Origin: Haliotis cracherodii
Taxonomy: Eukaryota
Direction of reading: 5' to 3'
DNA length: 64,000 bases
Assembly: GCF_022045235.1 (NCBI RefSeq)
Contig: NW_027266269.1
Location: 18,848,001-18,912,000 of the forward strand
Shown one piece after another: positions 26,149 to 39,266 of the stretch; the stretch's first letter is position 1; each line of letters opens with the position of its first letter. Under the pieces are notes generated by a model. The model made no database searches and was not told the origin of the DNA. It worked only from the letters and a program-made list of their open reading frames with translations. A program made the translations under genes and the position numbers.

Positions 26149-27389
26149 TTTTCAGGTCCAGAACCAACTTTTCAGGTCCAGAACCAACTTTTCAGGTCCA
26201 GCAGCATAAAAGTTTCATATGAATGACCAACTTTTCATGACAAGAAGGACCAAGTTTTACAACAAAAACCAAAGGTTTCCTGGAAACTTTTTCTTACTTG
26301 GCCTGACATTTTGGTTGGTTTGAAGCAAAAAATCTAAACACTGTTCGACGTCCCATAATGCTGCAACGTAGCCATAAATAAGACAAGAAGTTCCAACCAA
26401 ATATACTAGCTGTCAATTACGAGCTGCAAGAATGATGTTGAGCTGAACCAAAGAATTTGCAACACAGCAAAGTCACTCCCTGGTTGTGAGACGACAGACG
26501 AGAAACACTCTATTTGGTCAGCACTTTTTCAAATCCACACATGCTCACTAACAAAAGCTTTCTCTGCGATGGAACTCTTTGGGATTACTCTGTACAAGTG
26601 GACAGGCTCTGAGGTCTGTCTCGGCCTAAATTGGTGCTGACACCAAAACTAAGTGAAGTTCTCTGTAGCCAGGTCTGTCTGTCTGTATATTTTGAAAGAT
26701 TCAGCGACAAGTCTACATACAATCGCCTATTGATCCCTGTGAAAAACTGCTAATCTGTGCTGGTACTCCAGCCATACTTGTCTACAGAAACACTGTCATA
26801 GTGAGCTCCCACAGTAACTGGAGTAGGGCTGTCAGTCAAGGACATTTTTGTCTGTTACTGAGTGGGTTGGGTTTAACACTGCTTCAAAAAGTGTTTCAGT
26901 AATATCACAGCACAGCAGCTTGATGTGGGAGGAAAGCCCGAAGTGATGCAGATCTAATATTCCCAGAGCGACATCAAAGATGGCATCTGCAGAAGAATCT
27001 GTTGTTGTTTTACCTCGGGTTCCAGACTGGCTAATGTGAAATAACACTACAGCCGGGGGTAGAGTGTTGTACAAACAGAGGCATGAAGGTGATGCTGGGT
27101 TTTATTGTAGGTTAATACAGGATTATATTGCACATTGGGTCAATATAGGATTTATCTACCAGTAATCGTGTGAGGCGTGCTGGAGAGTGGACTCAAGGGC
27201 GGGCTGTTGGAGCGGTGATTGGAAACACTTACACCATGGCTCAGTCAATTAATTAAGTCCTTGCTGGGAGTAGGTTTCAGGGAAGCTGAAGCTCCACGAT
27301 GCAGTGACTTATATTGGAATATGTATTTTGGTAGTTGTTTTTTTTGTATTGATGATGATGGTGTCGTATACTAAAGATGATGATGATTT

Positions 27390-27895
27390 AACTTATTGAG
27401 CTGAAACTGGTCAACTCATCAAACACAGCAACTTATCGAGCTAAAACTGGTCAACTTATCCAACACAGCAACTTATCGAGCTAAAACTGGTCAACTTATC
27501 CAACACAGCAACTCAATGAGCTGAAACTGGTCAACTCATCCAACACAGCAACTCATTGAGCTGAAACTGGTCAACTCATCCAACACAGCAACTCATTGAG
27601 CTGAAACTGGTCAACTCATCCAACACAGCAACTCATTGAGCTGAAACTGGTCAACTCATCCAACACAGCAACTCATTGAGCTGAAACTGGTCAACTCATC
27701 CAACACAGCAACTTACGGAGCTGAAACTGGTCAACTTATCCAACACAGCAACTCATTGAGCTGAAACTGGTCAACTTATCCAACACAGCAACTTACGGAG
27801 CTGAAACTGGTCAACTTATGGAACACAGCAACTCATTGAGCTGAAACTGGTCAACTCATGGAACATAGCAACTCATTCAGCTGAAACTGGTCAAT
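27390..27895. repeat. Minisatellite, 40-bp unit (~12.5 copies)
   Basis: Unit GAGCTGAAACTGGTCAACTCATCCAACACAGCAACTCATT. Confidence 0.95.
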
Positions 27896-28659
27896 ACAAT
27901 TAAGTCAGGAGACAAATGATCAGCAGCTGAAACCGCCCTGGAAGAAATAGTTCAACGATGAAGTTATAATGACCATTATGAAGATTATGCAGACAGCTAG
28001 TCACTGCAGGCATGATGGACTGCTAAGGGTGTTTTTGGCTTCAATGTTAATAACACTATCTGGCAGCACATGCCCTTGATGTTGAGCACTGTGTCAGGTT
28101 ATTAGAGGAGTCTGTTTATTCAAGGTCCAGTCCACAAAGCAATCACACTTTTAATACCCTAACATAGTTCTATTTTGACATGTGGAGGACATTTCCAAAT
28201 CTGATGCATCAGTGGCCATATATGACTTGTACCATATGGTGGCCATATATGACTTGTACCATATGTTCCCATGTTTGTTCACCAGAACATTTGACTTGCC
28301 TTTGCATGTGTTAGTGACATGTGGCCGAGGTAGGCAGGAAACGCTCACCTTTTCGCAAACACCTGGTGTCATCCCAATTCGACGGTGATTCATAACAGAT
28401 GCTGATGAGTTGGAATCCGCATCGTACAATGGACTCTGCTTTCATCAGAGATTTCTTGGGATTATGGAAAGGGTTAAGTCCCTTTTATTGCAATTATTAT
28501 TTAGTCTTATTTAAACCAATGACCTGAATCTTTTTTAAAATGGAAACCAATTGTTTGCAAACAGGCCCTCAAAACTTCAAATAAACCTATATATGTTTCA
28601 TACAAGAAATCTGTTAGTGGTAGATCTATCATCTCTAAATCACCCCCCAATAGTTGAGT

Positions 28660-28810
28660 GAGTAGTGAGTGAGTATGGTTTTACGTCACTTTTAGCAATA
28701 TTCCAGCAATATCACGACGGGGGACACCAGAAATGGGCTTCACACATTGTACCCAATCGAATCCCGGGTCTTCAGCGTGACTAGCGGACGCTTTAACCAC
28801 TAGGCTACCC
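28660..28810 (-). mobile_element. Family 1 SINE copy
   Basis: High similarity to other copies, with a small internal deletion. Confidence 0.85.
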
Positions 28811-29044
28811 ATGATTCACATCCAGTCATGTATTGACTGACAGACTGATTAGTTGGATATTGATTAGAAGTTCAATACCGCCATAGCAAATCAATACATC
28901 GCAGGGACCGGGCAGTCAAACCCTACTCTCATTCTCCAACAAAGCTGCTCAACAAAAGATCATTTCTTTTCAATATCACATTGAAAACCTACATGAAGCA
29001 ATCTTACTGACAGATTCTCTAAGGTGTTCCTTACTTTGTTGACT

Positions 29045-29210
29045 NNNNNNNNNNNNNNNNNNNNNNNNNNNNNNNNNNNNNNNNNNNNNNNNNNNNNNNN
29101 NNNNNNNNNNNNNNNNNNNNNNNNNNNNNNNNNNNNNNNNNNNNNNNNNNNNNNNNNNNNNNNNNNNNNNNNNNNNNNNNNNNNNNNNNNNNNNNNNNNN
29201 NNNNNNNNNN
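29045..29210. other. Assembly gap (166 N)
   Basis: Run of N. Confidence 1.
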
Positions 29211-29357
29211 TTTATGCTGCTTTTAGCCATAGTCCAGCAATATCACGGCAGGGGTCACCAGAAATGGGCTTCACACATTGTACCCATGTCAGGAATCGAA
29301 CCCGGGTCTTCTGCGTGACAAGTGAACGCTTTAACCACAAGGCTACCCGACTGCCCC
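29211..29357 (-). mobile_element. Family 1 SINE copy, tail lost in the assembly gap
   Basis: High similarity to other copies; starts immediately after the N run. Confidence 0.85.
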
Positions 29358-29362
29358 TCATA

Positions 29363-29605
29363 CAGTGATGTGCATGCATGTGTGTGGCTGCTTGTACTTG
29401 TCCATAAGTATTCCTGTTTTGAGTGATAGCCAATGGAGATGCCACAGTTTAACATGGATGCCCCACTCAGACACCGTATACTGACTCTGAGCAGACCAGT
29501 TCTTGTTTTATCCCCTAAAAGCCGAGCACCAGGCAGGGTAACAAAAAGTACCATCTTTTAACATCGGGGGTAGAGGTTGCTCTTTACACTAGACCATGGA
29601 GGCAG
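29363..29605 (-). mobile_element. Family 2 SINE copy (contains the left breakpoint of the 2.7-kb duplication)
   Basis: Body similarity; its head-proximal part reappears at ~32239-32327. Confidence 0.75.
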
Positions 29606-30095
29606 TTTAGTGGAGACGGTATACCTAAAAATTCATTGCCTTTTCAAGCCTGTGAGAGCCCTGCTAACTAATGTGTTAGCTAGGGTAAGATTTCTGATGG
29701 TATATGTGTAGAAACAGCTCCCTTTTCACCCAGCCATCTCACAGCGTGCTTGTCAACTTCAGGCTAACAGAAAACCACTAACACATAACAATGTTTCCGC
29801 GAGTAATCCCGAGTGATGTGACGGTCAGAGTCTAGAACCAAAAATGAAGTCAATCATGTCTTACTGTAATGATATAAATAAAACCTGAAAGAAATAGTTC
29901 AGAGAGCCGAATGGGATTAATTCAATATATCAGAGGTGACCTGTGTGACTCCCAAAGCACATGTTGAGATGTCTGGGTAGTGTCAGGGGAAATCTGCAGA
30001 TAGGGATGGATTTGTTCTGCTTAAACATTACCCGTTCATTGTGGATCCCCTGGGATACTGGTCTATTGTGACCGAGTTCCCTGGGATAGGGGTTG

Positions 30096-30452
30096 GTGAG
30101 GTGAGGTGAGGTGAGGTGAGGTGAAATGGCATTTTGATGTCATGTTTACGATTATTCCCCTTTTATGGCGACTTGCATGCACATGTGTGTGCATGTACTC
30201 ATCTGGTCTAATGCCAGTTTTATAGTGCTTGCCCACTGAGAAACCGTGCAGCAGTTTAACATGAATACCCAACTCAGACACAGTATACTGACTCCGAGCT
30301 GAAAAGTCCTTGTTTTACCCGACGAATCTTTGTTTTACCCCTTAATACCAAGCGCATGCCAGGGAAACAAGTACCATCTTTAAGTGTTTTCTGGATTGAC
30401 ATGACGTTCTGATCTCCAGGCAGACACTCTAGTCACTGGTCCATGGAGGAGG
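30096..30452 (-). mobile_element. Family 2 SINE copy (duplicated at ~32766-33102)
   Basis: (GTGAG)n tail, body and degenerate head. Confidence 0.75.
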
Positions 30453-30720
30453 TCGGGACAGGGGCTGGATCCAACCAATGACGGGATCCACCTGCATGTC
30501 CGCGGGATGAGGATGGGTCCCAAATCCCCTTAAATGTTGTTTGTATACTTGTTGTTAAATGCCAACTCAGCAATTTTATTCCAGCTATGCAAATAATCAA
30601 GCCTGAACCGCACAAACCAGTGATTGATGTCATGAGCAATGTCCAATGCCATCGGGGTACAGTGACACACATCTCAACCAAATTCCCAAGCTTAACCCGA
30701 TACCCATTCAGTCGCCTTGT

Positions 30721-30985
30721 TCGTGAAGACGCCGGGGTAGAATAGGTCTTCAGCAACCCATGCTTGCCGTAAAAAGGCGACTACGCTTGTCGTAAAAGGC
30801 GACTAACGGGATCGGGTGGTCAGGCTCGCTGACTTGGTTGATGCATGTCATCGATCCCAATTGCATGGATCGATGCTCATGATATCAATCACTGGATTGT
30901 CTGGTTCAGACTCGATTATTTACAGACCGCCGTCATATAGCTGGAATATTGCTGTGTGCGGCGTAAAACAACAAACAAACAAAAA
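30721..30985 (+). mobile_element. Family 3 element (young-looking), nested in an older relative
   Basis: Well-preserved copy, duplicated at ~33359-33623. Confidence 0.85.
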
Positions 30986-33358
30986 CGTACGAGAAGCCGG
31001 GAACCTGTTCCTACCATGAATCCTAAAAGGGTTATTCCACCCTGGCATCTACTCGTGTTTATGACCAGCATCAGATAGTGATTTGCACATGGATGTCTGT
31101 GTGTAAAAAAAACATTCTAAAAACCAACTATCCTGCGTGGGCACCCTGAACCATTAGAATTATGTGTAATCACACAGTGATAAGGACAGGCAATCAGTCG
31201 TGTACACACCCCTCACTTCCATTCATGAATCTTTGATTGCGACAGTTATTTCAATAAAGGCGGAAATTTATCATAAATATGCATAGTGATGTTCTTCGTG
31301 TGAGAGAGTGTCCGGGACTAGAGAAACAAGGCTGTCAGTGGTTGAGAGAATTAAAATCTAAAACTGCACAAACCTTGATTTTCTGGTGTTCTCTCAAAAG
31401 AATCCTCAGGAAAAGGGTATAAAAGATTCCTCAGGAAAGGGGTATAAAAGAATCCTCAGGAAAGGGGTATAAAAGAGTGAGTGAGTAGTTGAGTTGGGTT
31501 TAGCACCACTTAGAGCAGTACGCCAATTATATCACCTCACAAAATGAGGAAGTGATGCAGGTTACAGACAATAAGCACTTTGGTAAAACCCACAAGCATG
31601 GATAGGGTGCTGACAAACCTAGAAACATAATCAGGGCAAACCAGGGCCCAAGGGACAGAACTCTGCAAGTAAAAAGTGTTACAGATGACTGAGCCCCCCG
31701 TAACCCTGGATATGAAAGAAGACATGAGACATGCATGACAGACATGATTCAAGTTTCGTTAGGCGCTGTAAAGAGGGTGGTTGATTTCAAACAGTTGGTG
31801 CTTCATTGAACAAGGGCCAAGTGAAGAAATATTTTGCACATTTATTCCTGATAGAAAACTACCCATTACCATGTAAAAAAATCCTGATGTTTTCAATCAT
31901 ACCAAGGTAAAGACCAAAGCGAACACATAATTTGTAAATTTTCGTGAACTTGCCTGAATTACGTTAATGAAGGTGGTTTACGTTTCATGTTAGGAACCTT
32001 TTCAAATCGTTCAGATTGTGCAAACTGATTTCAATAATCATATCTCTGATATCTTAATTTTAACAGAGTTGATGTATTTTATTGGTGAATAACAGTGTGT
32101 TGGTAAATTATGCAGAAGTACAAACATTCCGGTTAATGTAACATGTCACATTATAAAATCTGAAGTAAACAATTAATGACTCATAAATAATCACCAATCC
32201 TAATTGCAAGTGTTTAGGTTGAATATTTACGATATATCTAAAAGCCGAGCACCAGGCAGGGTAACAAAAAGTACCATCTTTTAACGTCGGGGGTAGAGGT
32301 TGCTCTTTCCACTAGACCATGGAGGCAGTTTAGTGGAGACGGTATACCTAAAAATTCATTGCCTTTTCAAGCCTGTGAGAGCCCTGCTAACTAATGTGTT
32401 AGCTAGGGTAAGATTTCTGATGGTATGTGTTTAGATAGAGCTCCCCTTTCACCCAGCCATCTCACAGCGTGCTTGTCAACTTCAGGCTAACAGAAAACCA
32501 CTAACACAAAACAATGTTTCAGCGAGTAATCCCGAGTGATGTGACGGTCAGAGTCTAGAACCAAAAATGAAGTCAATCATGTCTTACTGTAATGATATAA
32601 ATAAAACCTGAAAGAAATAGTTCAGAGAGCCGAATGGGATTAATTCAATATATCAGAGGTGACCTGTGTGACTCCCAAAGCACATGTTGAGATGTCTGGG
32701 TAGTGTCAGGGGAAATCTGCAGATAGGGCTGGATTTGTTCATTGTGTTCATTGTGGATCCCCTGGATGTCGTGTTTACGATTATTCCACTTTTATGGCGA
32801 CTTGCATGCACATGTGTGTGCATGTACTCGTCTGGTCTAATGCCAGTTTTATAGTGCTTGCCCACTGAGGAACCGTGCAGCAGTTTAACATGAATACCCA
32901 ACTCAGACACAGTATACTGACTCCGAGCTGAAAAGTCCTTGTTTTACCCGACCAATCCTTGTTTTACCCGACCAATCTTTGTTTTACCCCTTAATACCAA
33001 GCGCATGCCAGGGAAACAAGTACCATCTTTAAGTGTCTTCTGGATTGACATGACGTTCTGATCTCCAGGCAGACACTCTAGTCACTGGTCCATGGAGGAG
33101 GTCGGGATAGGGGCTGGATCCAACCAATGATACAATTGGGATCCACCTCCATGGGTCCCAAATCCCCTTAAATGTTGTTTGTATACTTGTTGTTAAATGC
33201 CAACTCAGCAATTTTATTCCAGCTATGCAAATAATCAAGCCTGAACCACACAAACCAGTAATTGATGTCATGAGCAATGTCCAATGCCATCGGGGTACAG
33301 TGACACACATCTCAACCAAATTCCCAAGCTTAACCCGATACCCATTCAGTCGCCTTGT

Positions 33359-33623
33359 TCGTGAAGACGCCGGGGTAGAATAGGTCTTCAGCAACCCATG
33401 CTTGCCGTAAAAAGGCGACTACGCTTGTCGTAAAAGGCGACTAACGGGATCGGGTGGTCAGGCTCGCTGACTTGGTTGATGCATGTCATCGATCCCAATT
33501 GCATGGATCGATGCTCATGATATCAATCACTGGATTGTCTGGTTCAGACTCGATTATTTACAGACCGCCGTCATATAGCTGGAATATTGCTGTGTGCGGC
33601 GTAAAACAACAAACAAACAAAAA
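33359..33623 (+). mobile_element. Family 3 element (duplicate of the 30721 copy)
   Basis: Near-identical to 30721-30985, within the tandem duplication. Confidence 0.85.
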
Positions 33624-36600
33624 CGTACGACAAGCCAGGAACCTGTTCCTACCATGAATCCTAAAAGGGTTATTCCACCCTGGCATCTACTCGTGTTTAT
33701 GACCAGCATCAGATAGTGATTTGCACATGGATGTCTGTGTGTAAAAAAAACATTCTAAAAACCAATTATCCTGCGTGGGCACCCTGAACCATTAGAATTA
33801 TGTGTAATCACACAGTGATAAGGACAGGCAATCAGTCGTGTACACACCCCTCACTTCCATTCATGAATCTTTGATTGCGACAGTTATTTCAATAAAGGCG
33901 GAAATTTATCATAAATATGCATAGTGATGTTCTTCGTGTGAGAGAGTGTCCGGGACTAGAGAAACAATACTGTCAGTGGTTGAGAGAATTAAAATCTAAA
34001 ACGGCACAAACCTTGATTTTCTGGTGTTCTCTCAAAAGAATACTCAGGAAAAGAGTATAAAAGAATCCTCAGGAAAGGGGTATAAAAGAGTGAGTGAGTA
34101 GTTGAGTTGGGTTTAGCACCACTTAGAGCAGTACGCCAATTATATCACCGCGCAAAATGTGGAAGTGATGCAGGTTACAGACGATAAGCACTTTGGTAAA
34201 ACCCAAAAGCATGGATAGGGTGCTGACAAACCTAGAAACATAATCAGGGCAAACCAGGGCCCAAGGGACAGAACTCTGCAAGTAAAATGTGTTACATCAG
34301 ATGACTGAGCCCCCCGTGACCCTGGATATGAAAGAAGACATAAGACATGTATGACAGACATGATTCAAATTTCGTAAGGTGCTGTAAAGAGGGTGGTTGA
34401 TTTCAAACAGTTGGTGCTTCATTGAACAAGGGCCAAGTGAAGAAATATTTTGCACATTTATTCCTGATAGAAAACTACCCATTACCATGTAAAAAAATCC
34501 TGATGTTTTCAATCATACCAAGGTTAAGACCAAAGCGAACACATAATTTGTAAATTTTCGTGAACTTGCCTGAATTACGTTAATGAAGGTGGTTTACGTT
34601 TCATGTTAGGAACCTTTTCAAATCGTTCAGATTGTGCAAACTGATTTCAATAATCATATCTCTGATATCTTAATTTTAACAGAGTTGATGTATTTTATTG
34701 GTGAATAACAGTGTGTTGGTAAATTATGCAGAAGTACAAACATTCCGGTTAATGTAACATGTCACATTATAAAATCTGAAGTAAACAATTAATGACTCAT
34801 AAATAATCACCAATCCTAATTGCAAGTGTTTAGGTTGAATATTTACGATATATCAAAAATACAAATACTGTGTCACGATGCTAGCAGACGTTCGAAAATC
34901 AAACATGGCGCACTTTGCCCGACCTTGGCATAACTTATTGCTATTCTATTATCAACAAAGTTTACATTGCCTTCATATATCATGTATATATGCCTTGGCG
35001 AAAGTTGACGATCTCAATTGTAGAATTTACATTTGTCATTTTCCGTTTAATATGATGAGAGAAAAATAAAAATTAAGACCATGAATTCTGACAGCAATAT
35101 TTCAGTAAGTGCAAAGGTCACCAGATGTGATGCCACAGACAGGGGAAGTCTGCTGATAATCTTTTATAACAAAACAATTACAGTCAATTTTGAAATATTT
35201 CGCCTGTCACATACAGAATAAACACAAATCGCCACATATTATCAGTAATCACCACTAATATGAAATAACAAAGCAATATTCACGATATAATTGGCATAGT
35301 TTTTAATTCATTTGACCCCGCATGCTCCCGTGACCCGGAAACGGTAGACGATGAATCAACACGCCACATGCAAGTTTCTCGGAATCTTTTATTTGAACTT
35401 TTGTTGTTATATAAGGATTACCATTCGATGTTACGCTGAATACAAAGGGATATGGTTCATGTATCTGTGATGTACATGATTTTGTTTTCACTGTCATAAT
35501 TGTGTCCCAGGCAATATGTCTTCAGATGTCATGGATCAGCAATGATCACCCTCCACAACAGGTGCGCACATATAGAGCTTACAAAACATGTTTCAGAATA
35601 GCATTCATGTGATGCCGAATATGATAGGATATATACGCAAGTGTGTGATGTAAAAATCAATAAAATACTACATACATATTTTCAGTGTTAGTTTCTTATT
35701 CAATGTGGGATAGTTGTCCTTTTATGATACATTTATTGATTCTAACAATAACATGATTTTAGAAAATCTCATGGAGCATTTTAAAATTTATTCCATCAAT
35801 ATAGAGACCCCATGATTGTGTATTGATGATAAATTTGTTCATGTTTAATTATTAACAGCTGTTCACAGCTTCTAAAATATTAAGTTAAATTTTTATATTT
35901 AGTAGTTATTCTTTCTACAATGATTGTGTGTATGGACACTAAATATTGGTCAATGCATCAGCACTGTGTTACTGATCAAATTTCAATTATTACCTTTGGT
36001 TTAAAGATATTTTATTCAACAATTATTATCCTTCACCTGAACATCAATCATGTGAATAAGTTACTATTTGATGTCATCATTTAAGTTTAGTATTCCATAA
36101 AAAATAAAGAAATAGATAAGATCCTTTTGAACATATACATAGACAACTCATATGGACATTAATCTTGTGTTTGAAGTGGTTTGTTTCCAAACTAAACAAT
36201 TCTAAAATATAACTTTAATATGAATACGATACATTAATTTCTTGTAACAGCACATGAGATTTTTGTTTGTTTGATCACAAAAACCAGGGTGGCACTTAAG
36301 CTGGTGAGTCAGCCATATATTTATAAGAGAATGTTATCTTTTGAAAAAGGAATAGGGCACATATATAGACGTACATTGACAATTCTTGCAGTTCTGTTCT
36401 GTTGGAGAAAGGTACATGGAAATATCCTACCTTGTGTATTTGTTCAGGGTTCTCACAATGAAATGATGAAATCATCCAATCAATGATCTTCCGATTCAGA
36501 TTGTTTTTGTTTATAATTAATTACATTAAAATTTGCTAATTTTTAGAAATGAAGGAACTTGAGTGTTTTCCTTTCGTCAAAAAACAAAAAATTATGATTG

Positions 36601-37629
36601 AATAAGAAAAATGATAAAATGATAAAATTATAAAGAAAATATTGGACTGCATGCCGCTCAATGTGAAGTGCCAAAAGTCAACAATGGCTGTTTCTGGTAG
36701 TTGTGTGCAGATAAATTGGGTCGATACTTTCTTAGCTTGCGATGTTTTCTTTTTGAGGTAAATAAACTACTGAAAGTTTTGATATATTGCAAGCTGAGCA
36801 TTTATGCATACCATAAGTAACTTAAAATATATGCAAAGCCTACACGTTAAACAGTTATAGCAAGTTTCATGTGGGGGGTTTCCTTCGACTATGCGCCTGA
36901 CGAATGGGTTTGACAGTAGCATTGAGAGCATTAACACCACACTCAGCAATATTCCAGCTATATGACGGTGGCCTGGCATAGTCTGGACCAGACAATCTAA
37001 TTCTAACTGGGTTCCTCACAGGGGAAACAAATATAAAGAAATAGATGTATTTTGAAGGTACATCATTACTTGCTACTCCCACTAAGTTTGAAGAGATTTT
37101 GACACAAGATTTATCATTCAAAATTATATGATTCAAAATTCAGTGATTTAGGATTCAATGCTCTAAGTTCCAACATTCAATCATTCTAAAATTCAAAGAT
37201 TCTGCTTCAATGAATCATTGAGTCCAAATTCAATGATTCAAGATGTCATGAGGATAAATCTCTAGCCTTTGTGATGAAAAATTGAAAATGGATAAAACCG
37301 CTCAACATCGCCAATTACATGTTCCGTTTGACATAAAGCCGGTGAATGAATCGCTACACATTGTACAAGAGTGGGGAGATTGAGTAGCCCGGGGGGCAGG
37401 GTCGGGGGACGGATGCCGCTGTGATGGAGTCCCTGGCTGGGCATCTGAGGAACGCTCCGGGTCAATACCACAACATCAGCGGGTCAGTGTTGTACAATAC
37501 CGCATTGGTCAGTGGCTGGACAGACTGTAATTACTTTCTACCATGTTAGATTGGGCGAGAGTGCCAACTGTGGTATTGATGGATGTTGTGTGGTCAAAGA
37601 CAAATTGTGCAGGGACCTGCCTGTTGATT

Positions 37630-38140
37630 GCAGCTCAGATTGAACATGATATATGTTGGATGGTACTGGCTACTGACTGCAGGTCAGATTGAACATGATA
37701 TATATTGCTGTAGTCACTTCTGATTGGAGGTCAGATAGAACATGATATATATCGTTACAGTCACTTGTGATCAGAGGTCAGATAGAACATGATATATATT
37801 GTTGCTGGGCACTGAATGGTGATAAGAGGTCAGATAGAACATGATATATATTGCTATAGTCACTTGTGATTAGAGGTCAGATTGAACATGATATATATTG
37901 CTATAGTCACTTGTGATTAGAGGTCAGATTGAACATGATATATATTGCCATAGTCACTTGTGATTAGAGGTCGCTATGAACATGATATATATTGCTATAG
38001 TCACTTGTGATGAGAGGTCGCTATGAACATGATATATATTGCTATAGTCACTTGTGATGAGAGGTCAATATGAACATGATATATATTGTTATAGTCACTT
38101 GTGATGAGAGGTCAATATGAACATGATATATATTGTTGCT
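37630..38140. repeat. Minisatellite, ~47-bp unit (~10 copies)
   Basis: Unit GAGGTCAGATTGAACATGATATATATTGCTATAGTCACTTGTGATTA. Confidence 0.95.
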
Positions 38141-38763
38141 AAGCTGGCTGGAGTCCCCGTCTGAAGTGATCACTCACTGCACATATGCTCCAGGCAGTGG
38201 CACATAAACAGATTACACAACAACTGGTTGTTGTCACAGCTGCTAATCTGATCAACCCAAGTCCAACTGCCAGACGTCTCATGAGAAGTACTTACTTTTA
38301 CATCACGCCATACCTCACAAACTTCCACAACACAGCCTTCTACAGTGTCCGACATTAATGACAGTGCCCCAGATAATACCATACTAGTAACTCCATTTAT
38401 AATGTGTCACATTCCATTTACAAAGTGAATACTCATGGCACTACACTATTATTACCCCAATTTTGGGATCAGAGTGCGCTCAAATTTCATTCTGAGCTCC
38501 CTAGGGAGAATACAAAGAGGTGCTAGATATTTACAGTCACATTTCCATCTCTCTCTACCTGGTACCCATTCACTGCTGGGTCAACATAGGCATATTTCAA
38601 ACAAAGTCTCTTGCCTATATACCATATGTAATGTGTACCTGTGTATAAAATGCAAGAAGAAATACATTTCCATTGATTTTAAGATGTTTGCATTCAAATC
38701 CGGGGTAGAATAGGTCTTCAGCAAATTACATCCGGGGATAGAACCAACAACCTTCTGCTCTGC

Positions 38764-39252
38764 TTTATAGTGCTAGCCCACTGAGGTACCATGCGGCAGT
38801 TTAACATGGATCACCTCATGCAAACACAGTATACGGAATCTGAGCCGACAAGGCAGAGTAACAACAAGTACCATCTTTTAACATCTTTTAAGATGATGTT
38901 GCCAGGGATTGATCCACCAGCCTTCCACTGTCTGGGCAGATTCAACACTTCAACAACAACAAAAAAAGGTATACATAAAAGTGTCCTCGATACATTTTTT
39001 TGTGCCATTTTTACAGTAATTTAATTTAAATTGCACCCTTTTCTCAATCCCATGCCAATTGTCACATGAATACCCCACTAAGACACAGTATACTGAATCA
39101 GAGTGAGCCTTGCTTTAGCCCATTAATGCCGAGCACCAGGCAGGGATACAACAAGTACCATCTTTTAACATCTTTTGGACTGCCAGGGGATCAAACCACC
39201 AACCTTCCGAACTTCGGGCAAGCACTTTATCAAGTAGACCACAGAAGGAGGT
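38764..39252 (-). mobile_element. Two partial family 2 SINE copies
   Basis: Body/head similarity at ~38764-38945 and ~39062-39252. Confidence 0.7.
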
Positions 39253-39266
39253 CGAGTCATCCTACT

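Larger units (their letters stand above)
29516..34854. repeat. ~2.7-kb direct tandem duplication (copy 1 ~29516-32238; copy 2 ~32239-34854)
   Basis: Colinear near-identical sequence from TAAAAGCCGAGCACC to TTTACGATATATC, with substitutions and indels. Confidence 0.95.

Noticed and set aside
24815-27895. CRISPR-like appearance of 38-41 bp periodic arrays
   Set aside because: Units are head-to-tail with no unique spacers, there are no cas genes, and the context is eukaryotic.
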